A DNA stretch of 64,000 nt from the human T2T-CHM13v2.0 reference genome, Homo sapiens. The notes beneath the pieces are model-generated. The model saw only the letters and a program-made list of their open reading frames with translations. It did no database searches and was not told the origin of the DNA. The stretch is from NCBI RefSeq assembly GCF_009914755.1, contig NC_060937.1; one strand, 5' to 3'. Shown one piece after another: positions 1 through 15,342 of the stretch (position 1 is its first letter; every line of letters begins with the position of its first letter). The translations under genes and the position numbers were made by a program.

Positions 1-79
1 TATATATACATATATAGAGACATGAAGATATCTGTAAATCTATATATATACCTGAGTGGATATCTATATATATAAATAC

Positions 80-500
80 ATATATCCAAAAGATATGAAG
101 ACATATGTCATCACAAAAACTTGTACATGAATGTTCATGGCAGCATATTCATAAGCAGAAAAACATGGAAACAACTCAAATGTGCATCAACTGATGAATG
201 GAAAAAATGTGATATATCCATTCAAGGGAATATTATTCAGCAATAAAAAGGAATAAGGTGTTTATACATGCTACAACATGGATGAACCTCGAAAACATGC
301 TAAGTGAAAGAAGTCAAACACAAAAGAAAACATATTGCTGCCTCTACTGATATAAAATTTTCAGAATAGGGAAACCCATACACACAGAAAGCAGATTAGT
401 GGTTGATTAGGTTTGGTGAGGCTGGAGGAAGAAGGACAGTAATTGTTCATGGGTACACGACACTCTTTTTAGAAATAAAAATATTCAAAAATTTATTTTG
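80..500 (+). mobile_element. Old L1 (L1MB/MC-like) 3' end fragment, preceded by (TA)n-rich low complexity
   Basis: Typical L1M 3' motifs: acttgtacatgaatgttcatggcagca, aaatgtgcatcaactgatgaatgg, atgctacaacatggatgaacctcgaaaacatgctaagtgaaagaag. Confidence 0.8.
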
Positions 501-959
501 GTGATGTTAGAATGTATAAAGACCCAGAGATATAAGGAGCCTCTGACGGCCAAAAATCAAAACACTTCTCATTCTCGAGAGTTTGATTTAGCTGTGTTTA
601 GCATTATTTTTTTAAAGTTCCCTTGTTCCATTGAGACTTGTGATTACTTATCAGATTATTAAAAAGAGAAGGGAAGTGGCGATATGTATCATTGTTGTAG
701 ATGTCTACAACCCTGACCAGGACCAAAAATAAGATTGAACTGATCATTGGCCATGGGTGCCAAAGATGGTGCCATAAATAGAAGATAAAACTTATGGGGG
801 CAGGGATCAGATAGCAGGCCTACATATAGTTTTTATGGCCAGGATTTTCGTAATACATAAGGAGGATTTTACTATATGTGCCAAGAGAATGGAGAATCTG
901 AGAATCTGGAGGTCTTGAGAAGACCTCCAAATGTATCTCATGAAATGGAAATTCTTTTA

Positions 960-1150
960 AAAATTTTTTTCAATTGACAAATGAAAATTGTATATATTTA
1001 TGGTATACAATGTGAAGTTTTGAAATATATACAGATTGTGGAATGGCTAAATTGAGCAAATGAACGTATGCATTACCTCACATACTTGTTTTTTATGATG
1101 AGAACACATAAAATCTACTTTCTTTGTGATTTTCAAATATACCATAAAAT
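960..1150 (-). mobile_element. L1MA-type 3' terminal fragment
   Basis: aattgacaaatgaaaattgtatatatttatggtatacaatgtg...cattacctcacatac matches the reverse complement of an L1MA 3' end. Confidence 0.7.
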
Positions 1151-1631
1151 AGAACATTCTTCATCCTATATGTTATACAGGGAACTGACTAAGTGGGTTT
1201 CTCTAGTTATGAGGCTTCAAGCTGTGAATCTGTGCTGGTGCAAACATTCAAAGAGAGGGTAGGATTTCTGTTAGCAATGCATTTCGGAATTTCCACCACA
1301 GAACCTTCATTTCTTCCTGTCTCTAAACTCTAAGAGTGTTAGGCCTAACCACAATTTTTAACATTGTTATCGTAGGAATTCAACTAGGAGACTAGGAATT
1401 TTTACAATTCAGTTAGATGGAGAGCTTCTCTTTCCTTTTATTCTGTATACAAAACTGGCTACTGTGAGGAGGAGAGAGGAAGGAGAGCCTTAACAGCTGC
1501 AAAAACTAGGAAGTAGCAGGGAGAACGTAATAGATCCACGGCATCAGTGAGAGGGAGTGACAGGGTAGCCGGTCGGGATGCGAAGGGCAGAATGGGGAGT
1601 TGCCTGCAGCCTCTACAGCCTGTATGACACG

Positions 1632-1668
<37 letters not shown>

Positions 1669-1683
1669 CGTGTGCACATGTAT
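1632..1683. repeat. (GT)n(CG)5 compound microsatellite
   Basis: Read directly: GT run 1632-1660, (CG)5 1661-1670, alternation continues as tgtgcacatgtat. Confidence 0.95.
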
Positions 1684-1904
1684 TTGAGTGTGTGAATAGA
1701 TTTTGGGGACAGGTGTTGAAATTATAGGTGAAGAGATGGGAACAAGGGTTTTATAAAAGGGAACAAAGTGGCTTTCTTCCTGGCAAAGATGGCTGTCCAT
1801 ATATGAGTAATATTAAGCTCCTAAAAACCCTCAAATAATACATTTCATCACCACAAGTTGATTTGATTTAATATATAGTTGGATGTGTTTCTATAATATT
1901 TATG

Positions 1905-2740
1905 AATTTATTCATTGGTTTATTTCTTTATTCCCTCATTCCACCAAGAGTTATTGAATGCCTAATCAGTGCTAGATACCCTGTAATAGTGGTTATAGCG
2001 GAGGACAACATGGACATGGTCCCTCCCTTTGTGAAAAGTAAAGAAACGAATCATATGTCTCCATAATTATTACACTCATCATAAATCCTAAAATGAAAAC
2101 ATATACAGTGTTATGAGAGCATATATTATGAATATGTGATTTATTTTATGGGGTTAAAAAGGGATTCCTTATAAAATTTATGTTTATTTAAAGTAGGACT
2201 GAAAGATAAGGAAGAGTTAGCTAGCAGAAAAGGCAAGGGTGGGGAGAGTGTTCAAGACAAACAGAAAATCATATTTGAAAGAATCTACATATGAATCAGA
2301 ATAAGGGCTTAGCTGCCATAATTAGAAATACGGAAAAGAGAAGGGACACAAGTTGTGAGTTGAGGCCCTAGAGATTTGAAGGTGCTGCACCAGTAAGAAT
2401 TTTTAAGGATTTTTGACTTAGGGGGAATAGAAAGCTGCTGAAGGGATTTAACCAAGGAAGTGACGTAAAGGCTTGCATTTTAAAGAATAGCTCTCAATGA
2501 AGAATGAGGAATACACTGAAGGGAGAAAGAATGTGTTAAAAAAGTAGCGAGAGTATTACAGAAGTCCAGATGGGATATGATGGTATTGGACAATGTGATA
2601 AAAGTGAAATTGGAAAGATGTGAACAGATTGGGGAATTATTAGAAGCAAAGCTGATGAACTTGGTAACTTCTCACAAGTGGGGAGATGAGGTGAAAGGAA
2701 AGTTTCAATTGTAAATGTCATTCCCAGAAGCTTTCTGCTT
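1905..2740 (-). mobile_element. L2 LINE fragment
   Basis: ttcatt...ttattgaatgcctaatcagtgctag (L2 3' end, reversed) followed by purine-rich L2-like body. Confidence 0.6.
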
Positions 2741-3254
2741 CTATGCAGGATGGAGTGTTCATGGAAACTTAACACTCCAATGAGAAAAAGCCTGATAAAT
2801 TACAATTATCACATTGTTATATGCATAAGAGAGGGAGACCCATTTCCAGTTGAGCTAACATATTCCAGAAATTTTTTCCTCTAAAGATATGTTGATTCTG
2901 TGCATAAACTCAGGATTGGCCGGAATCCAGGAAGAGATCTTATGGTGGAAAAAATTCAGCAAAGTTTTGGCAGTTAACAAGGTCTGGGTTGACTAATTAG
3001 GGACATGGTGTGCCTCAAACACACAGACGACAGGGCATTTGCTGAGCTGCGGGCTGTGTGGAAGGCAACACAGACCTGGAGTTCCTCTCAATATATTTTC
3101 CAGCATTTGAACTATGTGGAATGAGAGGCTACAGAACTAAGCTGAAAACCTCTAATAAAGTCTGAGAGGCCAACCCCTAAAATTGGAGTGAAGCCAGAAG
3201 TAGGCTGGGTCTTGCCAAAACTGCAATCCAGCTTCAACCCACCTCAATTCTGGG

Positions 3255-3524
3255 TTTTTTTTTTTCTTTTTTCTTTTTTAGAGATAGGGTCTTGGTCTGT
3301 CAGCCAAGTGCAGTAGTGCAATAATAATAGTTCACTGCAGCCTTGAACTCCTGGGATCAAGCAATTCTCCCACCTCAGCCTTCAGGTGTCTAAAACTATA
3401 GCTGCATGCCACCACACCCAGCTTTTTTTTTTTAATTTTTTGTAGAGACAGGGTCTCACTATATTGCCCAGGATAGTCTCAAGCTCCTGGCCTCAACCAA
3501 TCCTCCTGCCTCAGCCTCCTGGCC
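3255..3524 (-). mobile_element. AluJ-type SINE
   Basis: Poly-T then reversed Alu body; flanking direct repeat ccacctcaattct; about 40 bp missing near the Alu 5' end. Confidence 0.9.
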
Positions 3525-4432
3525 GACCACCTCAATTCTTACCAGGATGAAGTGATCAAGCTTCTACACTACCTAAAAGAGGAAAGGAGAATCTTCTGTA
3601 GGATAGAATGTCATCCGGAGCCTCTGGACTTGTTTTATACATAATGTTAAGCTTACAACAAAAAATTACCAGACATGGAAAAAGACAAGACTATATGAGT
3701 GATAATCAAGAAAAAAAGACACCAAACAGATTCACACATGGTCTAGATATTAGAGTTAGTAGATTCGAAGCTGACAAGAGTGGATGGAAGCACAGACAGA
3801 AGTGGGAGGCACCAGATTTGCTGGCTCAGGTCAGCCAGGCAAGGACGCACAGGAAGAGAGCAGAGGTTGATGGATTCCTATGCCTAGAGGTCCAGTTGAG
3901 GAAGGGAAGCTGGTTACAGGGTCCGAGACTGATATGTAGAAGGAGAACCAGGGTTGTAGTTCTCCTACTTATCAGCTGCTGTGATGACAAAGCAAAAGAT
4001 AATTTTTGGAAGGAGGAAGGACCCCTGCAAAGAGGTCAAGTGAGGTGGGGAAAGGGACAGTTTTAAAGTGTGGGCAGCTGGTGGGAAGCAGAGACCTGCT
4101 GACTTCAGCATCCAAGCTGAGTTGTGCAAGGTTGTCATCTTACATCAATACATTTTGGTGGATGGTTAAATTAAAAATATCTGAGTATAAACCCACCCAA
4201 AGTTCAACAATCACCAGAGCATAATACACTACTTTAATGTTACTTTAGCTATTTTCTTGACCTGAACTGACATTTCTTTTAATCAGATTACAAGTCTCTT
4301 GCTCATTAGTCACAACTTACTCCTTCAGAACTAATAATGTTTCACTACTTGACTCTCATAGAAGTTACATGAAGTGAAATGTTAAAGACACTGATACAAG
4401 ATTATTATCAATTAAACAACTTTGAGCAAGCT

Positions 4433-5697
4433 TTTTTAAAATTTTACTTTAAGTTCTGGGATACATGTGCAGAATGTGCAGGTTTGTTACATAGGGATAC
4501 ATGTGTTATGGTGGTTTGCTGCAACTATCAACCCATCACCTAGGTTTTAAGCCCCACATACATTAGGTATTTGTCCAAATGCTCTCCCTCCCCTTGCCAC
4601 CCACCCCCTGACAGACCCCGGGGTGTAATGTTCCCCTCCCTGTGTCCATGTGTTCTCATTGTTCGACTCCCACTTCAGAGTGAGAACATGCAGTGTTTGA
4701 TTTTCTGTTCCTGAAAATGTTTGCTGAGAATGATGGCTTCCAGCTTCATCCATGTCCCCGCAAAAGACATGAACTCATCCTTTTTTCATGGCTGCATAGT
4801 GTTCCATGGTGTATATGTGCCACATTTTCTTTATCCACTCTGTCATTGATGGGCATTTGGGTTGGTTCCAAGTCTTTGGTATTGTAAATAGTGCTACATG
4901 TGTGCATGTGTCTTTACAGTAGAATGATTTATAATCCTTTGTGTATATACCCAGTAATGGTATTGCTAGGTCAAATGGCATTTCTTGTTCTAGATCCTTG
5001 AGGAATTACCACACTGTCTTCCATAATGGTTGAACTAATTTATACTCCCATCAGCAGTGCAAAAGCGTTCGTAATTTCTCCACAGCCTCACCAGCATCTG
5101 TTGTTTCCTGACTTTTTAATAATTGCCATTCTAACGCCATGAGATGGTATCTCATTTGTGGTTTTGATTTGCACTTCTCTAATGACCAGTGATGATGACC
5201 TTTTTTTTACGTTTGTTGGCCACATAAATGTCTTCTTTTGAGAAGTGTCTGTTCATATCCTTTTCCCACTTTTTGATGGGGTTGTTTGTTTTTTTCTTGT
5301 AAATTTGTTTAAGTTCCTTATAGATTCTGGATATTAAACTTTGTCAGATGGGTAGCTTGCAAAAATTTTCTCCCATTCTGTAGGTTGCCTGTTCACACTG
5401 ATGAGAGTTTCTTTTGCTGTGCAGAAGCTCTTTAGTTTGATTAGATCCCATTTGTCTATTTTGGCTTCTGTTGAAATTGCTTTTGGTGTTTCATTCACAA
5501 AGTCTTTGCTTATGCCTATGTCCTGAATGGTATTGCCTAGGTTTTCTTCTAGGGTTTGTATAGTTTTGGTTTTACATTTAAGTCTTCAATCTTTCTTAAG
5601 TTAATTTTTGTATAAGGAAGGGGCCCAGTTTCTGTTTTCTGCATATGGCTAGCCAGTTTTCCCAGCACCATTTATTAAATAGGGAATCCTTTCCCCA
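4433..5697 (-). mobile_element. 5'-truncated L1PA (mid-age) with 3'UTR and ORF2 C-terminus
   Basis: ORF remnants [12 protein letters not shown] and [20 protein letters not shown]; TSD tttgagcaagct at 4421-4432 and 5698-5709. Confidence 0.95.
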
Positions 5698-7707
5698 TTT
5701 GAGCAAGCTATTTTTAAGCTTCCACTTCATGTTTCTGAAAAATATAATATTTGTTTTAATAGATAATTGCTGCTTAAGTAACATTACCTTTTACATGAAT
5801 GCTCAGCAGACTTTTTCTGTAAAGGGGCAGCTATTAAACATGTTGGCTTTGGGAGCTACACATTCTTTTTAAAAGTAGTTCATTTAAAATGTAAAAACCA
5901 ATTCTTTGTTTGCAAGCAATATAAAAATAGGCTGTGGGTCAGATTTGGTCTGTGAGGCATAGTTTGACTATTCTCACCCTGAAATATTTATGGTATAATA
6001 TGTGCTTTATTTTACTCATGGTAGCTTACCTTCTTCACATCTATATGAGTTTGTATATAAGTTTTATAGAAATATATATCATTCAAAAGCAAAACTTCAT
6101 CTCAAAAAAAAGAAATATATATCATTTATATATGATTGTATACTTTATATTTAACATAAGTTATTTATATTGAAAGTTATTAAGATGTCTTTATAAAAGA
6201 TTATGGTATTTCAGAAACTTTTATTTTTGTTTTCAGGGGTCGACAGAGATCATCCGAGCAAAATCTTAGCATTGTGAGAGAGCCCTCTGAAAATCATTCT
6301 AATTCAGATGTTTCTCATGAGATTTTTGAACGCCACAATTATATTTTCAACCGAGAGCTCTTGTAAATTTGCAGTTGTTGGCTACATGATAACATCTCAT
6401 TTCAAAACGTCTTTGTCTGGCTGGTTTATCTACTTCTCTACCAGGAAATCTGTTGAACCCATAGTGGTTTCTGTACAAATGTTTCTGCATTTCTCAATAA
6501 ACAGTGATGGAAGAATGGGTCCACTTCACTGCCTCACCCAGGAGACAGCAGCAGCTGAAACAAAAGGAGCATAGCCAAAGCAGAACTGGTGTAAAGATAA
6601 TAAAACACAAAAGACTTGGACTTCCTTCTAAATTCTAAGAGGAAGATTCTTTGTTGTAGGAGGAGCTGCAAAACACAGGACAGAATATGCATGAGTCCAG
6701 TCACCAACACACTGAAATCTAGTCTTCAAAACTAGCAGATGGCCTCAGCCAAAGCCCCTGAGGATGTCTTTGAAGTACACATTGTGAGGAACTCTGGTGA
6801 ATAAAACATCTCTTGAGCACTGACTTTATGTGTGGCAACCTGTGTCTTGAGAGTCACTTGCAAAAAAAAAAAAAAAGAATAAGTTAACAAAAGTAGTGAA
6901 ATACTTTGAATACTTTGTAACTATCAGAGAGTTTCATGGCACAAAGTGGAGGACAAGCAGAAACAAAAGGTCACACATTAAAGGAAAAACAACAATGAAA
7001 ATTCACTGTCAGTCTTGAAGTTACCAGTTTATGCAGAATTCAGCTCCAACTGTTATTTTTTTGAAGCCATTGTAAATTACTACTTCCCGCCCCTGCCACC
7101 CTCGCCACCTCACTTTCCTCCCTCTTTTCAAAAATGGGCAGGGATGCCTGTTAAAATCAAAATTAGATATGTTGAAGTCATATTCTCATGGGTTCAATGT
7201 GGAAAACAAAACAAGTACATGCTTTGGAAGCAACAACAATGAAATCTCTTTGAAATATGTATTAATATCATTTAATAAAATAACTAGTTCTAAAACAAAA
7301 AATAAAATGTTTACAATAATGTGTACATACGTACGCAGTGCACCTTACATACATTATTTCACTTAAATTCTCAACAGTCTCCTGGAGTGGCTATTATTAA
7401 TCTCATTTTACAGGCGAGGAGATGGCATTGGAGAGATGAGATAGTTCTTAAAGGTCACGTGGCCAGGGATACAGAGCCCTGTTCCCCACATCTTCTCCTC
7501 ACTCCGCTATGCTGCCTCTCTAAAAGGTAAACCAGCCGGGCACTCAGGGAACACAAGGAATGGCAACTCATTACTACCCATTGAGAGCTCAAAATCAACT
7601 GATGCCAACAAGGAGAGTAGTCATTCGTGTCACCCACCGCTAAAGAGAAACTCAAGGCTGTTGTTGCCCTGTGTAACAAGCCTGATCCCAAGGTTTGTCA
7701 CTGATTG

Positions 7708-8773
7708 TGTTATGGGATCTTTAGGGTGTCGCTTTTCTGGCTAGAAACCTCTGTGGCCAGTGGCTCCTTTGCCTCAGTTCTTGTCCTGCATCCAGGATAA
7801 GAATGAGGTACACAGACAAGTGGAGAGTGAGCAAGACAAAGAGAAGCTTTACTGAGTGTCAGGACAGCTCAGAGGAGAACTTCAGGGGGCAGCTCCTCTC
7901 TGCAGGCAGGTTATCTCACCCAGTGTTCAGTTCTCAGTAGAGAGGAGGCCCAGGAGAGAGTGGCTCCTCTCTGAGGGCAGGTCTTCCCTGTTATCTCTGC
8001 AGCTCTCAGCAGAGAGGAGGTCCTGGAGAGAGTGGCTCCTGTCTGCAGGCAGGTCGCCGTAGACATCCCAGCTCTAAGCAGAAAGGGTAGCTCCTCTCTG
8101 CAGACATCTCTCCATCCTCTCTGTCCTCTGCCCTGCTCTGGCTGAGCCCAGGGGTTTTATGAACCTCAGAGGGGAGGAAGTGAATGCCAATTGGTCCATG
8201 GTCAGCCACGGGTGGCCCAGAAGAGGGACCAGAGGTCCCCACTCCAGTCCACTGGGACAGGCAGCCTGGCCACTAGCCTTCAGGCCCTCCCTGGCCTGAA
8301 GATGAGGCCTTACTGGAACCCACCCCCTTTCACCCAGGAATCTGTCTGCCTCCTGCTGCCACTCATGGCCCTGGGCTTGCTGGATTTTGCTCCAGGGTCA
8401 GAGCAGGTGCCTAAAGCAGGGAGAAGCCAGGCAGCAGGGGCAGTCACTACCAAGCCTGAGAGAGCAGGAGGGCCTTCCCGGGCACCCAAGAGTGCAGGGA
8501 TGGTGGACGGGGGCTCCTGCCTTTTCCTGGGTCTGCAGCCATGCAGCTGTGGTTTGGGCAGCTGCCTGCTCCCAGCCTACCAAGAGCAGAGGGAGGCTCA
8601 GATCCACAGCCATGGTTTGGGTGACTGCAATGCCACCTGGGGAACTCCTGCCCCAACTTGGAAGGAGTGCTGCTCCCACCAGCTCCACAGAGCATGCAGC
8701 CCAAGCCATGCCTCCCTGCTGCAGCTGGTGTGATGGCAGTGGCAAGCTGCCTGGAGTGTGGCTGCTGCCATCA
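7708..8773 (-). mobile_element. ERV1 solo LTR, MER52 family-like
   Basis: TG...CA termini, 4-bp TSD attg (7704-7707, 8774-8777), terminal tgatggcag...ctgccatca motif, internal ggagagagtggctcct repeats. Confidence 0.85.
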
Positions 8774-9084
8774 ATTGCATGTTTAACATTGGTCTCCTCC
8801 ACCCAGGATGACAAGCACCACACCATTCATTTCCAAGCTCATTGTCAATAGAAACACACCCTTCACTTATTCAGCAAATGGGCCTTGCTCTCTCCCAGAT
8901 GCAGTCATGTGGCAGGCATGTGCTAGGGTGCAGTCCCTACCCTCACAGAGTTGGTAGACTAGTGGCTTCTTAGACTTAGTATTTCCACTGTGTAATGCTT
9001 TGAGAAGATATTTCATTTAGAAATCAATGAAACATTAATATTGGCTGAGGTCTGTTGAATGTTATGTGTTCAAAAATATACTTA

Positions 9085-10225
<1,141 letters not shown>

Positions 10226-11200
10226 TATATACACACAAAAAAAAACCTACACTCAAAACACTATAAAACTTCTAAAGCTCCCAATAAAGCTGAAAATGAC
10301 AAAATATTATTAAGCCACATAATTAGAAAAATAATCTCCCTGTATTAGTCAATAATTCACTTTCAACTATTTGGTAACATTTATTAAGTGCTTTTATTTA
10401 ATGGGAAAAACAGCTGAATGGAATTGTGATACCTGTTATTCTTGCTAGTGTCGTGTATATACGAAATCATCCTGGGGGCTTTGCCACCTGCTAACAGGTG
10501 GCAAACCCAATTCATGGTTCTTTACTTGAAACAGATATCCAAAAACAGAGAGATACTTCTTTGTTTTTCTGCTTGATTATAATTATTTTGAAGAAAAATC
10601 GTTTATAGAGAAAAAAGCCAATTTCAGTATTAAACATTAAGGAATGAAATAAAGAATTCCTAAATAATGAGTTTTAAAGAAATTATTGCTGTAGATTTTA
10701 GCTTACTGCTGAAATCATTTCTCATAAATTTTAGGCCCTGTCTTTCTTACAGATTCTTTCATTTCTCCTTCCTTTTTCAATATCCACAGAATAATCATTA
10801 TCATGATATAGTATATACTTGCAGTAGAGGAAGCCAACCATAACTGTCTATTTTTAATTCAGAAAGGAGTAATTTCACACTTCCTTTTGAAAAAAAAAAA
10901 GAGGCAAACAGTGAGAACAATAGAACATAAAACTACTCACTGTTACTTGAAATTTTCTGATAATTCAAAAGCAGCACTTTTTTTAAAAAAAAAGGTACTT
11001 TATCTCCTTTTTGATGTTTTATCCCTTTATTCTATCAAAAAGAATTACTGATTTTCAGTTTTAAATTCATGTATACTTAGCACATTCCAATGTGGTCTTT
11101 TCTAACAGCTCTAAATAATTATAAAGCTATTAGGAAAACTCTCTACAGTATCAAAAACTAAGACAACATTCAACCTAAAACCAGAATCTGTAAGTAATTA

Positions 11201-11596
<396 letters not shown>

Positions 11597-11919
11597 AACC
11601 AGCTCTGATTGACTAAACTGAATCCACTCCTAAAAATTTGTAAAGAGATGCTTTTCATCTCCCATGATCTGCTCCTGAATTTAGAGACCCAGATCTGGTA
11701 CCAACCAAAACTAAATCCCCTAGAAGTTCTTCTGCCTGTAATGTACACATATAGAATGCAAGCAGGTTAAGGGAGCTAGCTTATTCTGGAGCAAATAATT
11801 TGTATGAGTAAAGCATAGGGTGGAAACAGGATAAAAGCATATTAAGAAAATATAGGAAGATTGCTTGATGACTTGTGATGTAGGAAAAAGAAACTACAAA
11901 AAAAAAAGAAAAAAAATAC

Positions 11920-13990
11920 AGGAAACGCATACTGACAATTTTTTTACATACTTTGTCAGATCATAAAATCAAGAAATGGCCTTATGAGAAGATAAAAACA
12001 TAGTGAAAAGTAGTATTGGAGGTAAAAACATGCTAGAAATGGACTGGATGGCCACTAAGCACATCAACTCAGACTCACACTACAGACTTAAGGTGAGAAT
12101 TTCATCTGAATATCAACAAACAGAGAGTGGTGCAGAGAACAATCCGCTTGTTTGTGTCTACAATCATTGGGTCTAATCAGATCTTGATATATTAAAATAG
12201 ATAAGCAAGAGTCTCATGAAATCATACTGCAGAGCAAGAGAAAGTTAACAACATCCAAACCTTGGATTCTGGGGAAGAGCATTCTCCTGGAAGCACACTC
12301 CTGAAGACTTCAGAAGAAACTTTATGAGTAATCAGCACACCTGGATAGAGTTCAAGAAGATATAATCACTAAGAAAGTGGAGCAGAAAATAATGCAAGAA
12401 AGTTCTGGCATAATAAAGAAAAAGGATGACAGCTTCAAGATGAAGAAATGAACAAAGCAAAATCCGTTTTTGCTCTACACCTACAGAAAGAAAAATATAT
12501 ATGTAAATTCTTAATTAATGAATACATACTTGCCTTCAAGATGCAAAGGAAGGAATTCTTACACCAGAGGCTTTGTGGCAACTTCAGAGGAAGTAATAAT
12601 ACATTAACTTCAGAGCTAAATCAAAACTACTCCAGCAAATTGTCACCAAATAAGATGCCACTACCTTCGCAGGAAACTGTACCTTTAATGCCCTATGACT
12701 AGACAATTTCAGCGACATAGGCCATTGAAATGATGCAGACTAGGACACTGGTAGGAAAACTCCATTTACATAAGGTGAGCTCAAAAGAACCAACAAGCCT
12801 ATAAGGGATGCCTACACCATGAAAGACATGTATCTAAAACCACCATAACAAAAAAACCCCAACAAATTGAAGAACTTACATCTGAACAGAAATAAGAGAA
12901 GAACAATAAAAGATTTAAAGTAAGTATCCTTTAGACTGTAAAGACATAAAGGAAAGTCAAATGATAAATAAGAACAGGAAGTTATAAAACAAAAAGTAGA
13001 TTTTCATGGAAAAGTACCACTTAGAGATCCTAACATTTCTTTTAAAAAAATAATTGTTTAGGATTCAAACAGACACTTGTACACCAAAGTTCACAGCAGG
13101 ATTATTCACAATAGCCAAAAAGTGAAAACACAAATGTCCATTAACAGATTAATGGATGACAAAAATGGAGTACATACATAAAATGGAATATTATTTAGTT
13201 ACAAAAATGAAATTCTGACACATGCTACAACCTAAAGGAATCTTGAAGACATTATACTTTGTGAAATAAGCATAGACAAGAAAGGACAAATGTTGTATGA
13301 TGCCACTTACATGAGGTACCTGGAACAAGCATAAAGACAGGAAGTAGAATCGAAGTTACCAGAGGCTGGAAGAGTTGGGGAGAAGGAATTATTGTTTAAT
13401 GGGCCAGAGCTTCTGTTTGGGGTAAAAAGTGCCAGAACTAGATGGTGGTAATAGTTGCACACCATTGTGAATGTACTTAATGCCCCTGAACTGTACACTT
13501 AAAAATGGTTCAAATGGTAAATGTTATGTTATATATCTTTTACCACAATAAAAAAGACAAAAAAAACCTACCTGTTTAAAATTTAAACTTTAAATATAAA
13601 AACTCAACAAATGAAGAGTTGGCTGGACATAAGAAGTGAATTGGCTATCTGGAAAATCAAACTAAGGAAGTACTCAAGTACACAGTTCACAGAATTAAAG
13701 AGAAGGAAAGAGTGAGGAGAAAAGTTAACAGACATAAAAGAGATGACTTTAGAATGTCAATATCCATCTATTAGTGACACCTAAAGGAAAGACTAGAGAG
13801 AATGTAGGAGAAGCAATATTCAAAGTACTATAAACAGATATTCTCAAGAATTATGACAAGACCAAAGTTTTTGGTTGGAACAAGCCCACTGAGTATGATC
13901 AGGAGAAACAGAAGAAAAACAAAACCTAATCTAGGAAATAACTATGATAGAACTTCACACTATCAGAGGAAAAATAAAATCAGAAAAGCT
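11920..13990 (+). mobile_element. Highly diverged L1M 5'/ORF1 region
   Basis: A-rich decayed ORF1-like sequence (agagaatgtaggagaagcaatattcaaag, ttggaacaagcccactgag). Confidence 0.5.
13061..13565 (+). mobile_element. L1MB 3' end fragment nested in the older L1
   Basis: caaacagacacttgtacacc...gaactgtacacttaaaaatggtt...taccacaataaaaa. Confidence 0.85.
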
Positions 13991-13992
13991 AC

Positions 13993-14367
13993 TGTATTAA
14001 TTCAGTCTCACACTGCTATAAAGAAATGCCCGAGATGGGGTAATTTATAAAGAAAATAGGTTTAATTGACTCGCAGTTCCACATGGCTGGGGAGGCCTCA
14101 GGACACTTACAACCATGGCGGAAGGGGAAGCAGGCACGTCTTACACGGCAACAGGTGAGAGAGAAGCGCTCATGAAGAAGGAACTGTCAAACACTTATAA
14201 AACCATCAGATCTTGTGAGAACTTACTCACTATCACAAGAGAAGCATGAGGGAAACCGCCCCCATGATCCAATCACTTCCCTCCAGGTCCCTCCCTTGAC
14301 ACATGGGGATTATGGAGATTACAATTCAAATTAGATTTCGGTGGGGACACACAGCCAGACCATATCA
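13993..14367 (-). mobile_element. MaLR solo LTR (THE1C/D-like)
   Basis: tgtatta...catatca termini, THE1-type body, 5-bp TSD gctac/gttac. Confidence 0.9.
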
Positions 14368-14529
14368 GTTACCAAAAAGAAAGGGTTTCTTGTCTGGGCC
14401 CTTGAGAAAGAAAATTCCAAAACAAGGATTTAAATGTTTATTATTTTGTTTTTTTAATTTGATATTTCCCCTTTAATATAAAGAATGTGAAAATATTAAA
14501 ACCCACCACAATAAACTTTTTTAGTACTA

Positions 14530-15342
14530 TTTTCCAACCTTATAGAGGTGTAAGTAATACAAATTATAAATATTTAAGCTGTACAATGTGATGTTTTGAT
14601 GTATGTATGCATGTGGAATGATTAAATCAAGTTAATTACCATCTCCATCACCTCACATTTTTATAAGAAGACTTAAAATGTATTCTCTTAGTAATTTTCA
14701 CATGTACTGCACATTATTATTAACTATTGTTAAAATAGTTAATAATAATGTATTATAGACATCCAGAATTTATTCCTTCTGTCTAATAAACTTGGTACTC
14801 TTTGAACAATATCTCCCCATCATCCATCCCCCCAGCCCCTCATAACCACCATTCTACTCTCCACTTCTCTGAGTTCAACTTGTAGATAATGTATATAAGT
14901 GATATTATGTAATATTTATCTTTTTGTGCCTGGCATATTTCACTTAATATAATCTCCTCCAGGTTTATGGACATTGCTGAAAATGACAGGATTTTCTTCT
15001 TTTTTTAAAGCTGAATAATATTTCATTATATGTGTGTGTGTATATACATGTTATATACATATCACTTTTCACATATATGTAGAGGGTGATGTATACATAA
15101 TCACATTTTATTTATCCATTCATCTGTCAATAGACACAGACTGATTCCATACCTTCACTATTGTGAATAATGCTGCAATATACATACATGGGAATGTATA
15201 TAGCTCTTCAACATGCTGATTTAATTTCCTTTGGATATACATGAAATAGTGGAATTGCTGAATCATACAATAGTTCCATTTTTTATTTTGTGGGGGGGAA
15301 CCTCCATTCTGTTTTTCCATAACGGCTTTACTAATTTACATT
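14530..15342 (-). mobile_element. L1MA-type 3' end
   Basis: Reversed L1MA 3'UTR and ORF remnant MYIAALFTIVKVWNQ. Confidence 0.85.

Noticed and set aside
3608-4224. 152-aa and 72-aa ORFs
   Set aside because: They begin in L1M-like decayed sequence, have no recognisable homology and no supporting gene structure
8731-8773. Hairpin tgatggcag...ctgccatca
   Set aside because: Intrinsic terminal feature of MER52-type LTRs
7856-8851. Overlapping long ORFs (up to 180 aa) on both strands
   Set aside because: They lie in the GC-rich MER52-like LTR where stops are scarce, and show no recognisable domain
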